Part shown: piece after piece, positions 11,301 through 21,918 of the stretch | Position numbering within the stretch: position 1 is the first letter of the stretch | How the letters are laid out: the number at the start of each line of letters is the position of its first letter | Origin: Paragordius varius | Taxonomy: Eukaryota; Animalia; Nematomorpha | DNA length: 33,000 nt | Assembly: GCA_964247055.1 (NCBI GenBank) | Contig: OZ176056.1 | Location: 9,486,001 to 9,519,000, forward strand | Direction: 5' to 3' | Notes under the pieces: model-generated | What the model was told of the DNA's origin: nothing | Seen by the model: only the letters and a program-made list of their open reading frames with translations | Database searches by the model: none | Program-made: the position numbers and the translations under genes

Positions 11301-13524
11301 ATTCCGTCCTTTATATTTAGAAATAAAAACTTAAAATTATATATTGGTAACATCTAAAAAGATATATACGATATTTATTAACTATATTTCCCCGTGTATG
11401 TTTAGAAATGGTATAACGAAGGGGCTCAAATGGCTGAGAAAAACTTGGCTGCCTGTAGATACGATCATGACGACCCTAAAACATCAGGTATTAACTACAA
11501 CACTATTATACAGTAAAAGTTAAAATTATTACGGACAAAACGTTAAAAATAAAGACAAATATATATTTTTAAAATACAACCATACTTGTTTTGCTTACTC
11601 GAATTAATCCTATTTAAACCATTTAATAACAAGCCTTAAATATAAAATTAATTATGGTCGATATACATTTCTATTTTATACTTTGGAAAACGAAAACAAT
11701 GAATTAAATTAAAATTAATCAAGATACAAAAAGTATGGTTGTCTTTATGAATTAGTCTGTATAATTTTATCCGTATAATATCATTTTTAAGTGTATATAT
11801 AACTTAAAAAAACACTTGTTTAGAATACGATGGTGGTCAGAACCTTGCTTACAATGGAGAACCCGTGAATTGGAATAAAACATTTAATCAATGGAATAGT
11901 GAGAAAGATGATTACACGTGAGATCAGATATAATTGTATTTAGGTATGGAGCTGAAAGACACCGCGGTGTAGTTACCCATTATACGCAGGTCGTAAGATT
12001 ATGTTGATTAAATAATCTTGTAAATTTTTCTGGTCAATATATGCATGACATTATATGTAAATCAATTTCGTATTAGATAATTTGGGCTTCAACTCGGTTG
12101 ATAGGATGTGCCCACAAGATTTGTCCGACCCGTACCCTTTATACTTGTAACTATTATCCCAGGTAAAATTTTAGATATGCGCGTCCCAAATGGGAGGAGG
12201 GGGAGAAATTAGTTAATATTGTTTTTTTTTCAAATGAAAGCGAGTCAAAATATTTCTATTACTTGAAATTATTTATTAAAAAATTTTTATTTGCTAAAAC
12301 AAACTAATCAAGAGGAAATTTTGGACTTGCCTACCCCTATGAAAAATCAAGCAGTCAAACATGTATTTGTCCCGCTGATGGTCAGTGTTCCAAGGATTAT
12401 CCGAATCTTTTAGACACTTGTGGTAAAAAAATTTGCATTATTTCATAGCAGGCAATTTAGTAAAAAGGTTGTTTATTTCAAAATGTTATATTAGACATTA
12501 TTGAAACGTGTACCAATAAATATACGAATTGCGAAGTAAATTGTGAGTACAGTGCTAAAGATTGCAAGTTATCTTGTGATCCAATATGCTCAGCTCAAAC
12601 TTGGCCCCCTCATAAAAAAGGAATTACTTCTGTAACTAACGGATTGCCAAGTAATAATAGAACAACTAATTCTCCTACGCGTTCTTCAACACAACAACGT
12701 CCTAATACAACTTTCCGACCCTCTTATAACCCTACTATGGTGAATACTAACAATAATAATAATAATTTGCGACCAACAACAGATAGAGGTTAGATTATAA
12801 TATTTTTTAAACCAATTTCGGGAGAAATCAGTAGGAAATCAGATATAAGGCAAAACATTAAAAGCAAAAGTTTAATATTTTGTTTTTATTTTATTTCGTG
12901 ATAACGCACTAAATATAATACCAATTGTATAAGTAAAGATTTTAATTATACTATGGACAAAACATAAAAATATAAAGACAAATGTTTTTTTTGCAAAAGA
13001 CCATACTCTATAAATCTTGATTGTTGAACTAATTATTTAATATTGGAAAGTTTGAAATAGAGATATATTACTAATGAAATCAATTTTATATTCAACAATC
13101 ATAATTAAATTGCTTATAGGGAAAAAATTAAGGTTGGGAAAAGTATGGTTGGTTGTCTTTTGAAAAAAAATATGTCTTAATTTTAAGTTTTGTCCGTATA
13201 TTTTCAATTTTTAATGTGTATATATAAAGATGATATTCCAAAAGATATTAAAACAATACCCTGTAAAATATAAATTTTTTATAGTGTTTTGTGTTCATAA
13301 TAATATACCATTTTCATAAATATTTAGTTCCAAGTAATAGAAATGGTGCTGAAGCTCCTAACCCTAAAGATTTTGCAAATTATAATGATTACGTTCGAGC
13401 TCACAATGATTGGGCTTATCGCCAACAAGGAGATGTTAATATTGGCCGTCCCAATCGAAATGATTTTAGCAGTTATGACGAATATCTTCGAGCCTACTAT
13501 GAATGGTCCAATAACCGAAATTAA
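9955..13524 (+). CDS. Secreted CAP/SCP-TAPS (CRISP-like) protein with hinge, ShK-like Cys module, low-complexity linker and a duplicated C-terminal motif. Exons: 9955-10018, 10827-10921, 11406-11487, 11824-11917, 11944-11989, 12077-12162, 12313-12422, 12495-12788, 13328-13524.
   Basis: All introns are GT-AG with matching phases and there are no internal stops. Protein: MIKFALPFLSILICLVFSHFVDA (signal peptide)-DIPDAAMQQLILKLHNDERNSLNAKMMMKLKWYNEGAQMAEKNLAACRYDH...GGQNLAY...WNSEKDDYTYG...VTHYTQIIWASTRLIGCAHKICPTRTLYTCNYYPRGNF (both CAP signature motifs)...CICPADGQC...CTNKYTNCEVNCEYSAKDCKLSCDPIC...NRN*. Confidence 0.88.
10035..10309. mobile_element. MITE family A in CAP intron 1
   Basis: Left arm TACGGATAAAACGTAAAAATATAAAGACAAA..TAACCATACTTTT; right arm ends TTTTTACTG followed by TA. 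Confidence 0.75.
10937..11272. mobile_element. MITE family B in CAP intron 2; right terminus replaced by a (TA)n tract
   Basis: Left terminus TACCATTTAC followed by ATTCACCCTCGAATCAAATTCACCCT. The right arm has GGTGAATTTGAATTGTTCAAG-like 21-bp units running into (TA)13 at 11273-11299. Confidence 0.75.
11511..11793. mobile_element. MITE family A in CAP intron 3
   Basis: TA|CAGTAAAAG..TACGGACAAAACGTTAAAAATAAAGACAAA..ACAACCATACTT on the left; AAGTATGGTTGTCTTT..ATCCGTATAA..TTTTTAAGTG|TA on the right. Confidence 0.8.
12930..13218. mobile_element. MITE family A in CAP intron 8
   Basis: Left arm TATGGACAAAACATAAAAATATAAAGACAAA..GACCATACT; right arm AAGTATGGTT..TTTTGTCCGTATA..TTTTTAATGTG|TA. Confidence 0.75.
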
Positions 13525-13654
13525 AATTAAAATAATCAAATCATATTTAGTATAGTTAGCATTTTATAACCAAAAACAATATCTAATTATTTTCATGATA
13601 AAGTTCTAAATTAATAAATTTGAATGCACGTTTTTGATTAAAAGAAATTCACGA

Positions 13655-13915
13655 GATAAATATTCTGAAATTATACTGACAAATCGTAAAAACATCACGA
13701 CAAATTTTTTTAAAAGACAATCATACTTTTATATTAATTTTTCTCCTATATATATGTAATTACAATTGTAGCAAATATAATCGATTGTTTTACCAATAAC
13801 ATAAAAATTTCATACATTTCAAATAAAAGATTTGAAAAGTATTGTTGTTTTTTAAAAAAAAAACTATTTGTCTTTATATTGTTATATGTTGTCTGTATAA
13901 TTTCAATTTTAGATG
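13655..13915. mobile_element. MITE family A downstream of the CAP gene
   Basis: Left arm TATACTGACAAATCGTAAAAACATCACGACAAA..GACAATCATACTTTT; right arm AAGTATTGTTG..TTTGTCTTTATA..GTCTGTATAATTTCAATTTTAGATG|TA. Confidence 0.7.
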
Positions 13916-14544
13916 TATAACCTTTTTATTACAATTTTATAAAATAGTCACACAGAAAAACAAAATGATTTCAACATTAAAAGGTGCATCTTTAATTTAA
14001 ATAAAAAAACGAAAAGTGTATGGATATTTAAAATAATATAGGCCTAAATTATTTTAAAAGGTAATCATTAAATATTCAATACTGTGTCGCAAAAAATAAT
14101 AGCTTAATGAAAATGCTTTAGTTTTGTACTAGGTGCTCTATATCAGAAAATGGCAAAATTTACATATACTTTTTTAAATAATTTTTTTTGTGTAATTGGT
14201 TTATTTCGAAATCTAAAAATAAATTTATACTGCACATTAAAAGCAAAACAACATTTTATAAAAATTGTGGTCCCCCCCATTTTCGCTCTTCTAAAATGGG
14301 TTAGATTTATTAAAATAAACATAAAACTGAAATATATGGTATCTTGATAACTAAAATATTTTGAAGCACACTTTGTGCAATTTAATTTTTAGCAAAATTT
14401 TGTTGAAGCGTACCTCATACTATTTTATGCATCAACTGTATCACTTTAAGATAATATATCATAACTTTTTCAAAATAAAAAATTCGATGATGCTAAACAT
14501 TTTTGTCACCTCAGAAATTCGATTATATATATAGCAAAAATTAA

Positions 14545-14629
14545 GATTATTAAAAGTATGGTTATTTTTTGAAAAAAAAAATTGTCTTTATATTTTTACG
14601 TTTTGTCCGTATAATATTAGTTTTTACAG
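14545..14629. mobile_element. MITE family A, solo right arm
   Basis: AAAAGTATGGTTATTTTTTG..TTGTCTTTATATTTTTACGTTTTGTCCGTATAATATTAGTTTTTACAG|TA. Confidence 0.7.
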
Positions 14630-14974
14630 TATATTATCTTAAATACTTATACGATAAGTATGACTTTTGAAGCCACAAAACCAAAATTAGTTTACTGAGG
14701 TAGCTATTTTAGGTTTGTTGACATATTTAACTAAAAGTAATGCTAATCCCTATCATATTGCAACATTAATCCATGACTGAATAGAATACATGGATATTTA
14801 GTACTATGTTTTCATATATTTTGTCATATAATTAATATAAATTCTATAATCTATTGTAAAAATGTGGGGATGATTTAAATAGTTTTTAAATTATATTATA
14901 TATGAGATCATAGTTTAGATTTTTGTAGGTAATTTATTTAACCTCATTTTCAAAATATTCTAACTTTTAGTTTT

Positions 14975-15075
14975 AGATTCATACGGATAAAACGTAAAAT
15001 TATAAAGACAATATTTTTTTCAAAAAACAACCATACTTTTTAAATATTGATTTTTCCAATATAACTCGTTGTTTT
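14975..15075. mobile_element. MITE family A, solo left arm, cut off by the adjacent RTE-X fragment
   Basis: CATACGGATAAAACGTAAAATTATAAAGACAA..AACAACCATACTTTTT with no matching right arm before the LINE 3' end at ~15100. Confidence 0.65.
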
Positions 15076-15094
15076 AAATGGCAAAGTATAGGTA

Positions 15095-16310
15095 TTATTG
15101 GTTTGGCCCAATCATTGGGATCCATAGATTAATCTACGATATATGTCTCTATCATTTGTTTCGAGAAAATGTTCAGGAATTTTAAGTCTTGTTCTATGAT
15201 TTGAGTCCAAGTTGTTTTAGGCCTCCCTTTTCGGTTGGGGCAGAAATCTGTAAATCAAGAATTTCCTTTGCAGATGAGTCTATACTCGATCTGTGCATGT
15301 GTCCAAAAATCTGGAGTGTATTTGTTCTAATAAAAGCCGTTTTTGGTTCTAGTTCATTTATGGTAGAATTTATCATAATGTATTTTAGCATTTTGTCTTC
15401 CGTTCTTTTCAATCTCGATTCTGTTTTTGTAATTGCCCAGGTTTCGCAGTAGGTAAGGGTTGGGCGGACACCGACTTTATACATTTTGAATTTATTTTTT
15501 TACGGTTATATCTTTATGTGTTAATACATATTGAGTGATATGGTTGTTTGAGGGTTCCCATTATTATTACTGATATTACCTAAATAGTTGATATCGTTGA
15601 CAATTTTGAACCTAAAATCTTCGATACTAAACTTCCTTGATTAAGGGATGTTGGGTTTATCTGATATACAGCTTTGGCTTTTAAAATTTTTATTATTGTC
15701 AATAGATTTTCTTTTCAATTTAGAGCATTTTTTGTGGACCCACATTTTACACGATGGATAAAGAATGGAATTTTTAACCATGGAACAAATGGAGCAGGGG
15801 TATTTTATGGTTATTTTTTCAGCTCATCTGATCATTACCTTCGTCTTTTATATGTTTATTTTTAGACCATGTTTTTGGAAACAGGTATGCCATTTGAGGT
15901 ATGAACTTTTCAGTTTATGTGCTGTTTTTGCTGTTATAACCAAATCGTCGGCGTAAAATCTCTGCTTATATAATCCATTATTATTATAAACAGTAGTAAG
16001 CTTAGGGTTGAGCTTTGATGGAGGCTTATATTAATATTAAAACAATTTGTGCTTCCGACTGGTGTTTTAACGTAGCTTTCGCATTTTCATACAGGAGCAT
16101 TATTATTTTTATTAATTCAATCCCCACCTGTTTGCGGTGATGCCCGCAATTCCTTGACACTAACAGGGATGGCTGGTTCGAGATGACCGAACTCTTGTAA
16201 AAGAGACTCTCTAGCTTTGTGAAGTGCCCAAAATTACGAGTATTTAAAATTATTGTAAAAATTTGTTCCAGGGTGCAAAATCCAATAAAGGTAGTTTTGT
16301 AGAAAAAACA
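15095..16310 (-). mobile_element. Degraded RTE-X-type non-LTR retrotransposon fragment (RT domain, PHD-like finger, C-terminus)
   Basis: Minus-strand frames give WALHK..IMLLYENAK..LHQSSTLSLLLFIIIMD..FYADDLVITAKTAHKL..GLKINI*KTKVM..YPCSICSMVKNSILYPSCKMWVHKKCSKL..INYLGN..LTYCETWAITK..IFGHMHR..GRPKTTWTQIIEQDL. There are many stops and frameshifts. Confidence 0.85.
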
Positions 16311-16369
16311 ATTAGTTTTAAACTCGCTTCATAACTTTATGTAATAAAAAAAACCGAGGAATATCCGAT

Positions 16370-17640
16370 TCGGGACCTGATATAAAATTATATTTCATTC
16401 CAACACTTAATTTGATTAATTACACTAGACAACAAATTTTTCTGCCATTCGAGTTTTTTGCATTTTCTGATATTTAGCATCATTCTAACAGTAAATCTGA
16501 AATAAAAAATATAACTCGATCAAAGAATTTTGTATAATTTGATTTTTTTGATTATGCCCTATCTTTATCAAAATTTTACTAAAAAATGTTTTTCTTTGAA
16601 AATATACAAGTAATGCCCATTTGTAATATATCATTCGAAAGAGTATTAAAAACTCTATAAAATGCATACTAATATGTATTACATCGACAGTTAATATTGG
16701 ACACAAAGAGCGACAAACGCGCGAAGCGAGAGCATTTTTTTAATTATTACATTATTAAATCTAATGGATGAAAATAGCTCAAACTTTATTTAGAGGGAGA
16801 TGAATGACCAAAAAAGATAACACCAGAAAGTTTTTTTTTATTAAAACATTTTTTATTGCTTTTATGTTAATCAAAATGGCCATTTTTAAGTTTTTTGTTT
16901 TTTAAAAATTACCATGTCATCAATATTAATTTATTTTCTTTACAGGGCTGATAATTTCGAAATTTTAAAGATAAAAACAAAGTTTAAGGTATTTTTGATC
17001 TTTTATAGCCATTATGTAATAAATTTACAGTTATAACTATGCATTTTAATATCCACGAGGTAAAATATATATAATAATAATAATTTTTATTAAAAAAGCA
17101 AACCAAAAGCTTTTTCAAACATTTTTTTTTAAATTAAATACTAATATAACCCTAATAATTATATTAATATAATTTATATGATTTTCAAATTAGTTTGTCT
17201 GTGAGAATTTTTGACTTATTTAAGGTTTGAAATTTCGACCATTTAAATCCAAATAACTTTAACATCCGATTGATTTAAATGACTTACTACCATTTAAAAG
17301 ATTCAGTTTTTTGCGCTCTTTCGAATGATATAAAATACATGGCTTCATATTTAAAACTTTTAATTTCCGAAATTTCGAGTTTAATGTTAAATCGGGGCCA
17401 AAAATTATCGATAAACTCTAATATAAAAGAATTCTTCCATGCTAGACCAATTTTCTTTTCAGATATACTAATTATGTACTTTAATAAAATAAATTTTAAA
17501 TTTCCAGAAATGGCAGTTAAAAAAAGTTAAAATTTGTTGTCTAGTGTTATGCTATTAAATTGTAACAAAGCTTACATTATTTTTTTAGATATTAATATAC
17601 GGCTTTATAAAAGAAGGTTGAAAAGGCATTTGCCAAAAGC
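16370..17640. repeat. Unclassified interspersed repeat, family D (inverted relative to 26000-27130)
   Basis: Multiple co-linear blocks match the reverse complement of 26000-27130. Examples: TTAATATTGGACACA..GACAAACGCGCG.AGCGAGA (16692-16735) vs 26805-26848; CAGTTTTTTGCGCTCTT.CGAAT (17306-17328) vs 26290-26312; CGAAATTTCGAGTTTAATGTTAAATCGG (17369-17396) vs 26229-26258. Confidence 0.75.
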
Positions 17641-17799
17641 TTTTTCACAATACCTATAAATTCACAATACCTACTTAAATTGGGTACAGAATAAAAAATG
17701 AGACCTTTTTTAAATGTCTTCTGATTATTATAAGGTTTAAAATATATCCCATTCGCAAGAAGGTAGACGTCTCTTTCATCAATAAATTGTTATTTTTAT

Positions 17800-18428
17800 T
17801 GTAAGTAAAAAGAAAGCTCGAAAATTCAGATATAATTATTTTAAAATATAGAGGGACTATATAACCGCAAAAAACGCCTTGGAAATGGCAATTAAAATGG
17901 GGCCTTAATCCTGTTTTTAGTGATAAGAGTAAATTAGAAGACTCGATGAGCTTGCTGATGCTCATAGATTTTCTACTTTAAATATTGATTATATTAAAAT
18001 TATTGTAACTTTTTAATTAAAAACAGTGTTGGCAATTTTATAGCGTAGCAGATATATTTTTCTTTCTGCTTCAATCAAAGTTAACAAAAATGAGTGAAGT
18101 CTAATTTAATATTTAATTATTCAATCTGAGTGAATTTTATCCAATTCAAATAGTGTGAGTTCGCTAAAATCAACAATGCCAGGTTTGCAAAGCTATTAGT
18201 TATAAGTGCTTAACGGTTAAATTATAATTAACAGCATTATTATTGTGGTTTTTACCAGTACGGTTGTTACAGCGAAACGGACATTTTCAAATGTAAAAAT
18301 AATTAAATATAGTAGCACAATGGTTGAAAAGTTAAGCAATTTATCGTTAATAGCGATTGAAACAAAATCGAATGAATAAAGATATTATTGGAAAATTCGC
18401 TCACGCAAAATCGAGAAATATTTTCTAA
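17800..18428 (+). mobile_element. Degraded hAT transposase (C-terminal and dimerisation region)
   Basis: Frame-hopping translation gives ALEMAIKMG..DELADAHRFS.. and then VVTAKRTFSNVKIIK..STM.EKLSNLSLIAIE..DIIGKFAHAKSRNIF*. This matches the hAT dimerisation-domain pattern (AERSFSKLKLIK..RSTM..ERLSNLA.LSIE..II..FA..KAR). Confidence 0.7.
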
Positions 18429-19919
18429 TTACTAAATATTACTAATAAGTTATTTAATTTTTAACTTTAAAACGAAGGTTAAGATTAATTGGTAGTGGTT
18501 AGGGTGTGCAAGTAGGTACTAACCATCATATATAAAAATTAAAAGAACGCATGCCAAGTCATGTAAATATTATCATTTTTAATGTAATATTTCTTTTCAA
18601 AGATAAGTGATGCGCCAGATGAAAAAAAACTGTTTTCGATTTTTGGGGAGGAAGATGGTTTTAATATTAAATCTTGCGGGTAGAGCCTACAATTTATAGT
18701 TCCGTAACTGGCTAAAACTAGTTTCAAACCAGAAAACATTAAGCGCTATTCTAACAGTCGTTTATATTTATTATTTTCGTTTTCAAATTTGAATAAACAA
18801 ATAACCGGTTTGATAACCTATTTTCGCTTGTGTCTTTTTTATTGTAGGTACCATTAAATCCATATATATAATGTGTGTAAACATACATTTTGTAATGTCC
18901 ACGCCTTAGTTATTTTTCTATCTATTTCTAAGACTCAAACAATAAATGTCCGTTTTAATATAAACATGTATTTGAATCATGTTACATCATTACTTATGTT
19001 TATACGATTTAAAAATATATGTTTTTCTAACCTAATGTTGCATAATTTTCGTAATATGATAGACTAAATTTTAATTTACATATATTTATATTTTTTTGTT
19101 TCATATTTTATTATGCATCAACGATTAAAAAATTCAAAATGATATATAAGGTAGTTAAAAACCTGTACAGGTTTTAAATTATATGGTATTAGGTAACATA
19201 GTTGTAAGTTTAATTTTATTCTCTTTATTATTCAAGATAGTTGCGGGAATCTTTATTAATTCCCATATGTACTTTTTTGATATTCATTTTTTCTTAGTTG
19301 ACGGCCGAATAGCATAATATAGATGAGGGGTGTCAAACATAAAGGTTTTTCTAGCAGCAATTATATTGAATTGGAGAAACGGAAAGGCTACTTTCGCAAA
19401 ATAATTGGGGTTTTAACAAATATTATAATTAGATTTAAACAGAAGACTGTAAGAACACTATTTATTTAACAATTTCATTGCCAAAATTCGGAAGGAGTTA
19501 TTTAGACAATTAATTTAATATAATCATTTTACTTTAATTTTATATTATTATTTTTAATGCGGTTTGCAGAAATATCTTGAAAACCACAGGAGGTCTACGG
19601 GATGGACATCCTGATATAGATAATACAATTTATTTGTATAATTCTGTGTAATATTTGTATTGCAAGATATTTTTAAAATTATGCAATATTTATTTGATTT
19701 GTTACATCCTTTATTGACTGACATCTTTATTTATACAATAATAATGGAATAAAATTATATTAACCCACATCCCGCCCCCATTTAGAACTTATTTAGTCCA
19801 CAACTACATATATATATGTATTAAGTTTCCGTTGCTTACCTATTACATTTCCATGTTTTTATTCTGTTGGTACATGCAAAGCCTTCTAGAATATCTGCCA
19901 TAGAAATAAAAAACTAAAT

Positions 19920-20012
19920 ATGAAAGTTATAAGCAATCTTGTTCTCCTTATTCTTCTAATTGTGATGATAACGGTTGGTGCTAGGTCTCTACCAGACCTT
20001 AATTATGACAAA
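19920..20012 (+). CDS. Putative first exon of a small secreted protein (signal peptide); downstream exons unresolved
   Basis: ATG-initiated MKVISNLVLLILLIVMITVGARSLPDLNYDK followed by GTATTT. It has a basic n-region, a long hydrophobic h-region and a V-G-A/R-S cleavage-like site. The nearest acceptors (20039, ~20083) give immediate stops in phase 0. Confidence 0.45.
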
Positions 20013-20191
20013 GTATTTTTCATTTTTCTGTACTTTTAGATATAAAATAATGTTTTACCAAATGTTGGTTTATTTTCTTACTAGATATAGCGTGTGATTA
20101 AATATATTATATTTAAAAAACTTTTTGAATAGGGTAAAATCTTAAATATGGACTAGGATAGTTTTGGTTTCAAATTTGATATATTTATATA

Positions 20192-20550
20192 TACCATTTA
20201 CTATTTAAATTGACCTTTGAACAATTTAAAATCACCCTCGAACAAATCTTATTCACCCTTGAACCATTCAAATTCACTCTAAAAATAGTTTGTTTTCGGG
20301 ATAATCTAATTTCTGATTAATATGAAATATATTTTTAAGACATATTTTATTATTTTTCAGAATTATATTAATTTTAACAAGAATTTCATATTTTTAAAAT
20401 ATTATGAAATAAAAGTAACTTTTATCATAAAAACATACAATTTATTAAAGGAAAAATTTAAATAGAGTGATTTTGAATCGAAGGGTGGGGTGAATTGAAT
20501 CGGTCAAGGGTGAGTTTGAATTGTTCGAGGGATTTGAACTGTAAATGGTA
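20192..20550. mobile_element. MITE family B, best-preserved copy (TA-flanked, ~21-bp subterminal repeats in both arms)
   Basis: TA|TACCATTTAC ... GTAAATGGTA|TA, a perfect 10-bp terminal match plus TA on each side. The left arm has TTCACCCTTGAAC-type units and the right arm has GGGTGAGTTTGAATTGTTCGAGGG-type units. Confidence 0.85.
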
Positions 20551-20661
20551 TAGTTAAAAACTCCAAATCGTTTAAATTTAATATATATTGAAATAAAACC
20601 AAAAATGATTGATATCTATGATTTTTCTAGTCAACAGAGTATCTACCCCAAAATCCTTAAT

Positions 20662-20664
<3 letters not shown>

Positions 20665-20722
<58 letters not shown>
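20665..20722. repeat. (AT)29 microsatellite
   Basis: Uninterrupted AT dinucleotide run; a shorter (TA)~12 run lies at 21378-21402. Confidence 0.95.
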
Positions 20723-20727
<5 letters not shown>

Positions 20728-21624
20728 TTAATGTAACATTTTAGTTAATACTACAAATTTTTGTGAGGCCCTTTTTTAAACGAAATCTTATCCCCTAATT
20801 CCAAGAAGTATATTTAATTACTAATATTACAGCTGGATGCAAATTAAAGCTCTGCAATTGAAGATTCGATAATTAGTTACAATAGAAATAAATGATTCAC
20901 TAGTTGAAAGGCTAAAAATTATTATTTTTACAATTTATAATATATTTTAAAATTGACAATAAATTTTTAAATACAGCTATTTATAAACTTTGGATAATCC
21001 ATGGGTATGTCTTATTAAAATATGTTTTATTAGGATATAAATGTTATACAGTATAAACAAATATGAGGAGATTTTATTCTGTTACTAAAACGTAATACAT
21101 GGGCTTTTGGTTATAGAGCGTAAGAGTCAAAAAGTTACATCAACTTATACTTTAATCGAAATAGCGAATATTGTTAAATGAATGCTCGAAGCACCTTGCC
21201 ATATATCATTTATAACAAAACAATATTCTTCAGTTACGCATCTTTCAAATCCATTTAAAATTGGCCAGTGCCTTCAAATAATTTTAAGCAATGCTGAAAT
21301 TATAATTTATGCGATTTTATTGCAAAAAAATCAATTATATTTTTGAAAGTCATGCTTTGTTAAATTAGAGTGTATATTATATATATATATATATATATAT
21401 ATTATTTGCATTTTTTGACATAAGTAGGTTTTTCTTGAAGTGGAGAACGTGCCAAATTACTGCTATCTAATAAAATGTCATAAATTTTTTTTATTATTCT
21501 GTTAATTAGTTTACCTGATTTCACAATTAAGAATTTTCAAATATTTCACAAAACATATTTTTCGGATAAGCTTATATAACAAAATAAAATACATATGCAT
21601 AATTTATGGTTGAATCAAAATTTA

Positions 21625-21918
21625 AAAATTTTAAAGACCAACTTGAAGTCTTCAAATACAAACTAGAATCGAAGGACCAACTTGAACTGTTCAAGGACCA
21701 ACTTGAATTGTCCAAGGACCAACTGAAATGTTCAAAGACACTCTTGAAGTGCAAATGGTATAGATAAAAGATAAAAACAATTCAAAAAATCAAAGGTTCG
21801 AAATGTTCAAGGATTAACTTGTTGAGATAAAGGACCAACTAGAAGTTTTTAACGACACTCTCGTAATGTCTAATGACCAACTAAAATGTCCAAGCACACT
21901 CTTAAAGTGCAAACGGTG
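21625..21918. mobile_element. Two consecutive right arms of a family-B-related element (21-bp units AAGGACCAACTTGAACTGTTC)
   Basis: Arm 1 (~21625-21760) ends GTGCAAATGGTA|TA and arm 2 (~21790-21918) ends GTGCAAACGGTG|TA. Both carry GACCAACT(T/A)GAA units at a ~21-bp period and the ACACTCTT(G/A)AAGTGCAAA terminal block. Confidence 0.7.

Noticed and set aside
12449-12503. Closer acceptor giving a 26-nt intron and AGNLVKRLFISKCYIRHY
   Set aside because: It ends in TGA at once; the acceptor at 12494 opens a 294-nt exon with the six-Cys module.
13230-13263. Possible micro-exon DDIPKDIKTIP between the last two CAP exons
   Set aside because: It is phase-compatible but unsupported; left out pending transcript data.
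21572-21754. 60-aa minus-strand ORF with SSWSL repeats
   Set aside because: It is the translation of the 21-bp subterminal units of a family-B arm.
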